From an uncultured Prolixibacteraceae bacterium (GTDB lineage Bacteria; Bacteroidota; Bacteroidia; Bacteroidales; Prolixibacteraceae): 64,000 nt of DNA. Positions 9,395-19,101 of the stretch are shown here, one piece after another (position 1 is the first letter of the stretch; each line of letters starts with the position of its first letter). The stretch covers positions 19,290 through 83,289 of the forward strand of contig CAVYOB010000018.1 of assembly GCA_963769925.1 (NCBI GenBank), written 5' to 3'. Made by a program: the position numbers and the translations under genes. Under the pieces are notes generated by a model, which had not been told where the DNA came from, did not search any database, and worked only from the letters and a program-made list of their open reading frames with translations.

Positions 9395-10699
9395 ATGAAA
9401 AGAATCCTGCTCGTTAATATTTTATTATTTCTTGCACTTTTAAGTTTTTCACAGGAAAGTAGTTTATTACAGTTTCTGAAAAGCCAGCCGGTTATTCAGC
9501 AAATTGAAAAAATAGATGGGAACAGGCAGTTTACTGAATCATACAAAATAATGGTGAAACAACCTCTCGATCACAACGATACTACGGCCGGTTTCTTTTA
9601 TCAGCGTGTTTTTGTGTTGAATGTTTTAAAAGATGCTCCTGTAGTGTTGGTTACCGAAGGATATGTAACTCCGCAGGCACGTAGATCGACTTACCTTACT
9701 GAACCCGCCCGTATTTTGCACGCCAACCAGATTGATGTCGAGCACAGGTACTTTGGCGATTCGTGGCCCAAAAACATCGACTGGAAATACCTGACCGTAA
9801 AAAATGCAGCCGGCGACCATCATTTAATTACTGAACTTTTTAAGAAATATTACACCGGGAAATGGGTTAACACAGGTGTAAGCAAAGGTGGACAGACTGC
9901 AACTTACCACCGTACTTTTTATCCCGATGATGTAGATGTAACAATCGCTTATGTTGCCCCTTTAAATTTTTCGGTCGAAGACGAGAGACTTGCAAAATTT
10001 ATCGCAGAAAAAACCGGCACTCCCGAGTTACGCAAACATGTTCAGCAAGTTCAGCTTGAAGTACTAAAACGCAGAAAACAAATTTATCCCATGTTTCATG
10101 ATTTAGTTAAAGAAAAGAATTACACTTTCCGGGTTCCGGAACAGGAAGTTTACGATTATTGTGTTCTTGAATACCCGTTTGCTTTCTGGCAATATGGCAT
10201 CAATTCCAACGCACTACCGGATTTAAAGGCCAGTGATTCAACTTTTTTCGAACACCTTTTCAAAATTTCATCACCAAGCTATTTTTCTATTGAAGGGATG
10301 GAAAGCATCAAATCGTTTTTTGTACAGGCACAACATGAACTTGGATACTACGGATACGATATCAAACCATTAAAAAAATACCTGAAAATAAAATCATCGA
10401 AAGGCTACCTGCCAAAAATCTTTCTAACCAAAGAGATGACAATGCCCTATAATCCGCAGACCATGCTCGATGTTCAAAAATTTCTGGACACAACCGATAA
10501 AGACATGATCTTCATCTATGGTGCGTATGATCCCTGGGGAGCTACAGCGGTCAACATCCCCGACAAGCCGAACCTCCAGAAAGTTGTGCGTCCGGGTGGG
10601 GCACATAATTCACGTATCAGTAACATGCCCGATGATTTAAAAAATAAGATTATTTCAAAGCTGCAAACCTGGTTAGGAGTCCCGGTAGATATTAAATAA
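9395..10699 (+). CDS. Secreted serine aminopeptidase, S28/S37 (PS-10) type
   Basis: QPLDH, VEHRYFG.S, nucleophile motif GVSKGG, YGAYDPW, GAH. Confidence 0.88.
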   Translation: MKRILLVNILLFLALLSFSQESSLLQFLKSQPVIQQIEKIDGNRQFTESYKIMVKQPLDHNDTTAGFFYQRVFVLNVLKDAPVVLVTEGYVTPQARRSTYLTEPARILHANQIDVEHRYFGDSWPKNIDWKYLTVKNAAGDHHLITELFKKYYTGKWVNTGVSKGGQTATYHRTFYPDDVDVTIAYVAPLNFSVEDERLAKFIAEKTGTPELRKHVQQVQLEVLKRRKQIYPMFHDLVKEKNYTFRVPEQEVYDYCVLEYPFAFWQYGINSNALPDLKASDSTFFEHLFKISSPSYFSIEGMESIKSFFVQAQHELGYYGYDIKPLKKYLKIKSSKGYLPKIFLTKEMTMPYNPQTMLDVQKFLDTTDKDMIFIYGAYDPWGATAVNIPDKPNLQKVVRPGGAHNSRISNMPDDLKNKIISKLQTWLGVPVDIK

Positions 10700-10780
10700 T
10701 TTCAACTCCTACATAGCCGTGTAACACCAATGGTAAAGTTAGGTTTGCTTTTGTCAGTATAAAATATTGACGTGCCAGTA

Positions 10781-10811
10781 TTTGCAGATTCGTGAAAAGG
10801 TATTATATTTG
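10781..10811 (+). promoter_or_regulatory. Bacteroidota primary-sigma promoter of the tRNA
   Basis: TTTG (10781-10784), 19-nt spacer, TATATTTG (10804-10811). Confidence 0.75.
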
Positions 10812-10852
10812 CCACCCGTTAACGACGAAATTTCATTGAAATAAAGATATAT

Positions 10853-10925
10853 TGCGGGGTGGAGCAGTTGGCAGCTCGTTGGGCTCATAACCCAAAGGTC
10901 GTAGGTTCAAGTCCTGCCCCCGCTA
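10853..10925 (+). tRNA. tRNA-Met(CAT), initiator type
   Basis: Cloverleaf; anticodon arm TTGGG-CTCATAA-CCCAA with three G-C pairs; unpaired 1:72; GTTCAAGTC T-loop; CCA not encoded. Confidence 0.96.
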
Positions 10926-10930
10926 CTTTG

Positions 10931-10957
10931 AAGCCGGCTTTTAGCCGGCTTTTTTTA
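10931..10957 (+). terminator. Intrinsic terminator after the tRNA
   Basis: AAGCCGGCT-ttt-AGCCGGCTT followed by a T tract. Confidence 0.88.
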
Positions 10958-11125
10958 TATCCCAATCATAATTGGAGAAAAGATTTTGATCTTCTATTTT
11001 TCCCTCAAAATTTAAATCATTTGAGCAATATTCTGATTTAATTGTTATCTAAAACAATTGTCACCATTTTATTTTTGCTGCCAATTTTTTATCTTCATAT
11101 AGAAAATGATCAAAATATACACACA

Positions 11126-11754
11126 ATGAAGCAACTACTAACGCTATGCCTGGTATTTTTAACAGGGTACATTTCTGCTCAAACTGTCGTAACATTAAAC
11201 GTAAATCAGCCGCCGGAACTGGGTTTTGAAATCGGTGTTAGCGATACTACCATTGTTAAAGGGGACTCAGTAAGGCTCGGGCAAGATTTAACTGTTTCTC
11301 GGGGGTTCCGGAGAATATACTTTTAGCTGGTCTCCAGCAAAAACATTGAGTGACCCGACGCTTATAAATCCTTTGGCTTTCCCTGAAGATACAACCAATT
11401 ATTTCTAACGGTTTCAGATATGTCGGATGTAGTTTTACCGTTAGTTACACCGTAAACGTGAAATTATCGACAGATGCTGTAACAAATTATTTGTCGAAGG
11501 ACCAGACATTAACCGCAACCTTATTTCCAAATCCGACAAACGGAAAATTTAAGGTACTTTTAAAAGGTGAGCCTCAGGATAAAATTGAATTGAATATCGT
11601 CGATATTTCGGGGAAAACCATAAAAAAACATGCGATAAGAAACTTTACCGGCGAACATACCGAAATGCTAAATCTGAAACTGCCAAACGGAATATATAGT
11701 CTTTTAATATTTACTAAAGATCAGAAAATCCAACGAGAGTTTATTATTAATTAA
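11126..11754 (+). pseudogene. Small T9SS-CTD protein broken by frameshifts (real or assembly error)
   Basis: Signal peptide MKQLLTLC..ISA-Q; Ig-like segment GSGEYTFSWSP..LSDPTLINPLAFP in another frame; CTD LFPNPTNGKF...GIYSL...REFIIN. Confidence 0.75.
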
Positions 11755-11774
11755 CCCAAATTAAATGAAGTGAT

Positions 11775-13327
11775 ATGAAAACCAAATTAATACTGTTTCT
11801 GATCTTATGTCTGCAGATTGTTTCGATCAGTTCGTTTAGCCAAAAGCTTTATAATGAGAATGATACCATTCAATTAGATCAGGATTCTGTTGTTCTCCAA
11901 GTAGATAATTACAGGGGTCAGGTGCAATGGCAATTTAGTAATGATGGTTCCAACTGGAATGACCTATTAAATGAAGAATCTGACAAACTGGAATTCCCGG
12001 TTTTTGGTGGTCTTGGCTATTACAGGGCAAGTATCGTTGAAGGAACTTGCGCACCAGTTTATTCCGAGATGGCCGAATTAGTTTATGAGGTACCGTCAGT
12101 AGTAACAAATCCCGCGTCAAACATCACGCTCAGTTCTGCCACATTAAATGGCGAAGTAACCGGCAATGGTGGATCTGAAGTAACATCAAGAGGTTTTTAC
12201 TGGAGCAGTAGTAACGCCGATCCGGGTGCCGGCGATAATGTTGAAAATGTTGGCGGTGGTACAGGTATATTTTCTGTTTCGCTAAATCAATTAGAAACGA
12301 ATACTACTTATTATGTGCGGGCTTTTGCCGTAAATAGTGAGGGGATCAGCCTTGGCGAAGTAGTAAATTTTACCACTGCTTTTTCTGTTGATGTACCAGT
12401 TGTTGTAACAAACTCAGCATCCGACGTTACGTCCGATTCAGCTACATTAAATGGGGAAGTTACCAGCGATGGCGGTGTTACGGTTACATCCAGAGGCTAT
12501 TACTGGAGCAGACCAATGACAACCCGGGAAGTGCGGATAATGTTGAGAATGCCGGAGATGGCACGGGTGTTTTTTCAGCTTCACTGAGTGGGCTGGATGC
12601 CAACACAACTTATTATGTACGCGCTTTTGCAACCAATAGCGAAGGAACAAGTACCGGTGATGTGGTTAGTTTTACTACAGATCCTATGATTGACGTACCG
12701 GTGGTTGTCACAAATGCAGCGTCGGACGTTACGTCCGGTTCAGGCATATTAAACGGTGAAGTTACCAGCGATGGCGGAGCTACAGTAACATCAAGAGGAT
12801 TTTACTGGAGCAAGACAAATAACAACCCGGGAAGTGGGGATAATGTTGAAAATGCCGGAGATGGCACGGGTGTTTTTTCTGCTTCACTGAGCGGGCTGGA
12901 TGCCAACACAACTTATTATGTACGCGCTTTTGCAACCAACAGCGAAGGTACAAGTACCGGTGATGTCGTTAGTTTTACTACAGATCCTATGATTGACGTA
13001 CCGGTGGTTGTCACGAATGCTGTATCGGACGTTACGTCCGGTTCAGGCATATTAAACGGGGAAGTTACCAGCGATGGCGGTGCTACCGTAACATCAAGAG
13101 GCTTTTACTGGAGCAAGACAAATAACAATCCCGGAAGTGGGGACAATGTTGAAAATACCGGAGATGGCACTGGCACTTTTTCAGCATCCTTAAGCGGACT
13201 TGATGCAAGTACAACCTATTATGTGCGTGCATTTGCAACTAATAGTGAGGGAACCAGTACTGGTGGTGTTATCAGCTTTGCTACTACTCCCTCCGGTGAT
13301 TTGCCCAAAGATCCGGGGTGGAATTAA
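11775..13327 (+). CDS. Secreted protein with four FN3-like repeats; one frameshift near 12510 joins ORFs 11775-12587 and 12662-13327
   Basis: Signal peptide; repeat VPVVVTN..SATLNGEVTSDGG..VTSRGFYWS..TTYYVRAFATNSEG; repeat 2 lacks one A (GAGCAGAC versus GAGCAAGAC). Confidence 0.8.
12085..13290 (+). repeat. Four tandem ~303-bp (101 aa) coding repeats
   Basis: GATCCTATGATTGACGTACCGG at 12680 and 12983; copies 2-4 very similar, copy 1 diverged. Confidence 0.9.
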
Positions 13328-13339
13328 AACATCATAAAT

Positions 13340-16300
13340 TTAATATCCGTTTTTTGAACATATAATTTTCCTGTTTAATACGGTTTCGTTAATATTAATA
13401 TGTAAATTATAAATTCCATCGGGAACTAAAGCACCAGCGTCATTCTTCCCATTCCATTTAACCCGGTTGATCCCACCTGGTAAATACTTTTCATTATTGA
13501 ATGTTTTTACCGATTGCCCTAAAATATTTAAGACTTCAATATTAACTTCCGATTCTTTTACTAAATCAAGTTCAATAACTATTTCATCACTAAACGGATT
13601 TGGGTAACACTTTAATTCTGTCATGTCGTTCCCAATTATTTCACCAGCATCTGTCAAAGCTGATTTTTCAAGACTTAAAATCACCGACTCATTCTTAGTA
13701 AATTCTTTTGACCCGGAAACGTATGCTGCCTCAATATTAGTTTCAATATTTTGATTGGCTTTCCATAGTCGCAAAATGTATTTATCGTCTTCTGTAAAAC
13801 CAGTCATAGCTAAATCATCAGTTGCTGAAGCTGGAATGGAAACTACCTGGCTTTGCAGGTTATCTGCCGAAATTACTGTTGCTCCAACACAAGTAGTGCC
13901 ATCAAAAACAGCAATCTCATCTCCTTCGTTGATTATATCCGTAGGTAGTTGTACCAGGTTAAAATTCATATGATCCGTGCCATTCCCTTCGTAAGCTAAA
14001 TTAAAATGCCGGAGTTCTGCCTTACCTTTTTCAACTTTCGCCGATTTTGAATAGCTTTCGTAAACCCAGAGTGTATCAGGCGAATTCATCTTAATCTTAA
14101 ATCCTTTCCCCGCCCAAAAATTACCTATAAAATTCTGCCAGCCTCCAAATACCCCAAGGTTTTCAATCGAATAACCCTGTTCATTCTGTACCTTGATCAA
14201 GCTCTCCCTGTCAATCAGCTGTTGTACCACTTCCATTCCGTTAACATAGCTAAAGCTTGGAAACCCCATCAAATTCCAGCCATGATTCAACGGGATTCCA
14301 AAGGGATAATTTACCACTGCCCCGGAACAAAAAAGGCTATCAAAATCATTTAATTTTATCTTGTATCCTTCCGTTGGCCTTACATCCCCAATGTAGTTGT
14401 GCCAACCTCCGAAGATTCCAAAATCTTCCAGCGAATTTCCTGTTTCATCCTGGATTTTCACCAGTGTATTTGCATTGATCAAATCATCAAAGACAAATTG
14501 CATATCTGCCGTATCAGGAACTACAGGAAGTGAGAAAATATTCCATCCCGGTTGAAAACCGGTTGCAAATCCAATCTGTGATGTTCCATTTAACTGAACA
14601 AAACTGCTTCCCCCCGAATTGAAGGTTGAACAGTTAACCGGGTTAAGCTGGTTATCATAACAATTCACATTGATACCATCAAACTCCTTCTCATCGCTAC
14701 ATTTCCAAATTTTATAGGAAATATCATGCCCTGATATAAATCCATTTCCTGTCCCATCATTGGCACTAACTACAATATTTAAAAGATTCTGATGACTGAT
14801 CGTTTCTGTTACAAAACCATAACCAACACAAAGTCCATAGTCAAAAACTCCTACCTGGTCTCCCGGAACCAGATCTTCCCCTTCAACTTTTGCACCAATT
14901 ATGTAAATATTCATCGGATCATAAACCCCTTTTCCTTCCCATACCGGGTGAAAATGCTGCGGGCAATCATAGTCTGGTTCAATAAGCACGGTACCATCAA
15001 TAAAGCAATCATGGGCATCCTGTACAATAAAAGTATGATATCCGGTACTCACCGTTTGAAACTGATCTGTTATCTCCACACTATCGAACTCTAAACGATA
15101 TGGCGCTGTTCCACCTGTAATTTGAATTTGAATATCAGCGTTAATTTCATTTACATTAAGCGTATTTATATCAACTAACAGTTGCTCGGAGGCAGAAGAG
15201 AAAGCCATTGTCTTGCCTTCACTATAGCAGCCTTCAGCGTTCATTACATTAAATACGTAATAGCTATTCACCTGCTGTCCACCATCGAACGACAAATCTG
15301 AAATATAGACTTGCTGGTCAAAGAAATCAGTGGAATTATTCGAAATCCAACTACCATTTTCATAAAGCGAGTAGAATACTTTATACAACTGTCCCGGCAA
15401 ACCATTTTCGATGGTTAATTTAGCTGTAGCTAAAGAATCACCAAAACAGCTAATATCCTGAACTTCAAAAAGTATAGAATTCGGTTTTTGCAGTATTAGT
15501 GAATCCGTAGCAATACAACCATTAGCATCTGTAATAAAAAACTCGTAGTAACCTTCAGGTAGTAATTCATAATAATTCGATTGGTTCCAGGTATTAAAAA
15601 TTTCACCGTTTCGATAAATGCTAAAACTGTAAGGAGGTACTCCACCGATTCCTGTTAGTTCAACAAAAGCTGCTGAATCCTCTGCACAAAAAGGACCACT
15701 TATCACTGGTATGGTTAAGATTAACTGATCAGGTTGCATAATTTCAGCCATAGTTTGGCTTTCATGTCCGACAGCATCCTCTACTATAATTTGATAATTA
15801 CCTGGCACCACGGTAAATCCGGTACTATCTTCGTCATCGTGAAGAACAAATTCTTCCACAAATTTTTGAGAATTTATATCATATACAAGAACAGTGTAAC
15901 TGTTGTTATCGGTCAGTGCTTCCGGATTTTGGCCACCCAAACCATAGGAACCACCCAAACCGCCTGATATACTTACAATAATCCATCCCTCTGAGCCATA
16001 ACAGAAAGCATCACTAACATACGTATTCATCGAAAGTTCATCATAATCGGTTGACTTTTGGCAATCCGTTAAAAGATTGAACCCATTTTTTTGCGTTTGA
16101 ACAGTGTCAGAAAAAATAAAACCTTTGTCCAGCATACATTGTACGGTGGAACAAGAGGTTGAATCGAAATAGTTGTAGGATAAATTAATGTAATCCAAGG
16201 TATCCAAAACACACAATTCATCAGGAATCGGATCACTGAGTTCATTTTGCGCTAAATCTAAATGTTCCAGGTCAGAATAAGAAGCCCACTCGGAAGGTAT

Positions 16301-19000
16301 TGCTCCTGAAAAAGAATTAATACTAAGAATGAGGTAACGAAGATTAACCGACCCGCTTGAATCGGCCACAAATACGGGCAAATCACCCTCAAGCTGATTG
16401 TATCCAAGATTTACACCATTTAGATTAGATAAATTCGACCAATTTGCGGGGACCACTCCGGTAAAATGATTGTCGTTTAAATATAGCCAGGAAAGCTGTC
16501 TCCAGTTTCCCAGCCAATCAGGAAGGGTACCATTCAACTGATTACCATAGAGGTATAAATTACGGATTGATCTTATTGCACTCCAACTTTCAGGAATTGA
16601 ACCCGAAAAATCGTTATTTCCCAGATTCAGAAACGATAATTCGTACATCGAACCAATACAATCGGGCAGGCTTCCGCTAAGTTGGTTTCCGGCCAGACTT
16701 AATGAACTTAAGCTTCGCATATTCTTCCAGTTCGACGGGATGTTTCCAAACAGTGCGTTATTATTTATTTGAAGCACGGACAAGTTTGTAAAATTGACGT
16801 ACCACGATCGCAAACTATCAGTGAGTTGATTATTGTTCAGCAACAAACGTGCAAGGCCCGTAAAAGCTGACCAGTTGCCGGGTATTTCACCACCCAGTTG
16901 ATTGTAGGAAAGGTCTATTGTCCACAAATTTGGATTAGGCTCCCATGTTTGAGGTATTGCTTCAACTAAGTAATTATTTGATAAAAGCAGTTCAGTTAAA
17001 GCTGAAAGTTGACCTATTTCTTCAGGCAAGACTTCCTGCAGGTTATTTTCCGTTAGATTAATTACACTAACCCTGTTTGAATCATTTAATTCTATTCCAT
17101 ACCAGGTATTCAACGGTCCTGAAAGCCAATTATCATTGTTTGTCCAGTTCGGACCATTTGTTGAATTATATAGTGCAACCAACGCCAACGAATCTTGCCG
17201 GAACCAAACATTTTCATTAACAGTAATATAATTGTTTTTAATTAGTGTATCAGCACCATAAGAATTTGAAACAAGAAGTGTAACCGAATACTCCCCTTCC
17301 GACAAGTATTTGTGTACCGGATTCCGCAGTGTGCTTGTTTCTCCGTCTCCAAATTCCCAATACCATGACATGGCTCCTCCTGTTGATTTATCTTTAAATA
17401 TTACTTCATCTCCGATGTAAACATTTTGATCATCAACAGTGAAATCTGCAACAGGCGGATTACCAAGGATAATACAATTTCCATATTCATCTAATGGCCC
17501 TAAATTAGGATCAGAATCATCACCGTCCGGTATTTCCGGACAATCGCAAGTGGCTGGTTTTTCCCCCAGACCCCACCAAAAATAACCATCACCATCATTA
17601 TCTTCACAAACCACATCATAGTTCTGCACCATACTTACAATCGGTGTAATAATGGCTCGTGCATATAAATTCGACATTTCAGATTGAACATAAACATATC
17701 CATTGTCACCCCAATTACTTCCCCAGCTATTTTTCATTAACCAAACGGTTGTCCCAATTAATGGATCGCCTGGTTCAATAATAATATCGTGTGTGTTTCC
17801 CTCTAAGTCTCTGGTAAAAAAAGAATCGCCTTCTTTGATCACTTTATATCCAACCAAAACAATGGCATGCCACCAATCGCTAACAGAAATAGACAATGGT
17901 CCTTTTTCAATGAGCATTTTTTTCAAACCGTCTTCCGTATTTGGATATTCAGATGAGCCCAATCCTATTTGACCTGAAATTTTAATTTTTTCAGAAGGTG
18001 TCAATCCTTTATTTTCACACGGCTGGTCGGTCGCTGTGTATGGGAATGTTCCTTCGTCAACAATACCAGTATTTTGAATGTAAAACAGTGCATTTGTTGC
18101 ATTTCCTCCGTCACAAGTACCTGCTCCGCTACATGAAAGAACGTCTTGTTCCGACAAATCCAGATCCAAATCAGATTGATTGAAAAATACTTTAACCATC
18201 GCCTCGGTTGTACCGGTTGCAGAAAATGCCCAACAGGAACCACAACTACTCTGATTTGTTACCGGAGTTATCCAGTTTTGTCCGTGCCTGTTTCGCCAGT
18301 CCCATTCTTCAACCATTTCACTTATTGCGGCTGATTTCAAAATTTCACCGGCACTTATTATGCCTCCTGTATAATATTCAAACCCTGCCGGGAATTTTCC
18401 CTGACCATACAACTTTTTTCTTTCCTGATAACTCATATTTGCTAAAGATGTCAAACCAGCACGCCAGTGTTTTCCTTTAGCTTTTAGATTTTTGTTGATT
18501 TTTCCGATTTTTACTTTGTTTCTTGATCTCTTCCTATCAGTTAACATTGTCTTGTTAGCTGATATTAATCCATTTGTTGATATATTCAAACTTGTCAGAG
18601 TAATCGTCGCATCGACGATTTCGATGATAACAGAGTAAGGGTTTATTCCATCCAGCAGATCCGTTTCTTCGCAAACATCTTCTATTTTAATATCCTGTTT
18701 GTCTTCTAATAATGAATAAGTTTCATAAATCAAGTATTCATTAAAAGCATCATCTACCAGTATGAATCGAACCAGACTTTTATCGCTCTCAAATGATATA
18801 TTTGCTGAAACGGATAAACCATATATTTTTTTACCCGATTGAAACGGTAAAATTTCAGTAGTTTTGGAATATGTTGAATCTGGAAAAACAGTTTCGTCAT
18901 TCCCTCCAAGCATTTTAAATGCACCCGCATTTTGGGCATTTGTAATTACTGGGATGAACAATATAATTATGATAAAAAGGAGGGATTTTAAGAATTTCAT
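13340..19000 (-). CDS. T9SS-secreted papain-family (C1A) cysteine protease with PKD, LRR and SprB-like repeats
   Basis: WDWRN, QSSCGSCWAF, HAIVLVGY, KNSWG; PKD SWYWEFGDG; LRRs LxxLxLxxNxLxGxLP; GGTAPY repeats; CTD CYPNPFS..WNGKN..GIY. Confidence 0.9.
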   Translation of the reverse strand: MKFLKSLLFIIIILFIPVITNAQNAGAFKMLGGNDETVFPDSTYSKTTEILPFQSGKKIYGLSVSANISFESDKSLVRFILVDDAFNEYLIYETYSLLEDKQDIKIEDVCEETDLLDGINPYSVIIEIVDATITLTSLNISTNGLISANKTMLTDRKRSRNKVKIGKINKNLKAKGKHWRAGLTSLANMSYQERKKLYGQGKFPAGFEYYTGGIISAGEILKSAAISEMVEEWDWRNRHGQNWITPVTNQSSCGSCWAFSATGTTEAMVKVFFNQSDLDLDLSEQDVLSCSGAGTCDGGNATNALFYIQNTGIVDEGTFPYTATDQPCENKGLTPSEKIKISGQIGLGSSEYPNTEDGLKKMLIEKGPLSISVSDWWHAIVLVGYKVIKEGDSFFTRDLEGNTHDIIIEPGDPLIGTTVWLMKNSWGSNWGDNGYVYVQSEMSNLYARAIITPIVSMVQNYDVVCEDNDGDGYFWWGLGEKPATCDCPEIPDGDDSDPNLGPLDEYGNCIILGNPPVADFTVDDQNVYIGDEVIFKDKSTGGAMSWYWEFGDGETSTLRNPVHKYLSEGEYSVTLLVSNSYGADTLIKNNYITVNENVWFRQDSLALVALYNSTNGPNWTNNDNWLSGPLNTWYGIELNDSNRVSVINLTENNLQEVLPEEIGQLSALTELLLSNNYLVEAIPQTWEPNPNLWTIDLSYNQLGGEIPGNWSAFTGLARLLLNNNQLTDSLRSWYVNFTNLSVLQINNNALFGNIPSNWKNMRSLSSLSLAGNQLSGSLPDCIGSMYELSFLNLGNNDFSGSIPESWSAIRSIRNLYLYGNQLNGTLPDWLGNWRQLSWLYLNDNHFTGVVPANWSNLSNLNGVNLGYNQLEGDLPVFVADSSGSVNLRYLILSINSFSGAIPSEWASYSDLEHLDLAQNELSDPIPDELCVLDTLDYINLSYNYFDSTSCSTVQCMLDKGFIFSDTVQTQKNGFNLLTDCQKSTDYDELSMNTYVSDAFCYGSEGWIIVSISGGLGGSYGLGGQNPEALTDNNSYTVLVYDINSQKFVEEFVLHDDEDSTGFTVVPGNYQIIVEDAVGHESQTMAEIMQPDQLILTIPVISGPFCAEDSAAFVELTGIGGVPPYSFSIYRNGEIFNTWNQSNYYELLPEGYYEFFITDANGCIATDSLILQKPNSILFEVQDISCFGDSLATAKLTIENGLPGQLYKVFYSLYENGSWISNNSTDFFDQQVYISDLSFDGGQQVNSYYVFNVMNAEGCYSEGKTMAFSSASEQLLVDINTLNVNEINADIQIQITGGTAPYRLEFDSVEITDQFQTVSTGYHTFIVQDAHDCFIDGTVLIEPDYDCPQHFHPVWEGKGVYDPMNIYIIGAKVEGEDLVPGDQVGVFDYGLCVGYGFVTETISHQNLLNIVVSANDGTGNGFISGHDISYKIWKCSDEKEFDGINVNCYDNQLNPVNCSTFNSGGSSFVQLNGTSQIGFATGFQPGWNIFSLPVVPDTADMQFVFDDLINANTLVKIQDETGNSLEDFGIFGGWHNYIGDVRPTEGYKIKLNDFDSLFCSGAVVNYPFGIPLNHGWNLMGFPSFSYVNGMEVVQQLIDRESLIKVQNEQGYSIENLGVFGGWQNFIGNFWAGKGFKIKMNSPDTLWVYESYSKSAKVEKGKAELRHFNLAYEGNGTDHMNFNLVQLPTDIINEGDEIAVFDGTTCVGATVISADNLQSQVVSIPASATDDLAMTGFTEDDKYILRLWKANQNIETNIEAAYVSGSKEFTKNESVILSLEKSALTDAGEIIGNDMTELKCYPNPFSDEIVIELDLVKESEVNIEVLNILGQSVKTFNNEKYLPGGINRVKWNGKNDAGALVPDGIYNLHININETVLNRKIICSKNGY

Positions 19001-19101
19001 TTTTCGGTATGGTTTTTAAGGTCTGGTGACTCTTTTTATTTCAACTTAAAAATAAAAATTATATGTTCAGAATAGAATTTGAATAATAATTTATATTCTT
19101 T

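Noticed and set aside
10859-11041. 60-aa ORF MEQLAARWAHNPKVVGSSP...
   Set aside because: It is a translation of the tRNA-Met gene and its terminator
12085-13290. Near-identical repeats as a DGR template/variable pair
   Set aside because: No reverse transcriptase in the window; differences are mostly synonymous and not adenine-specific
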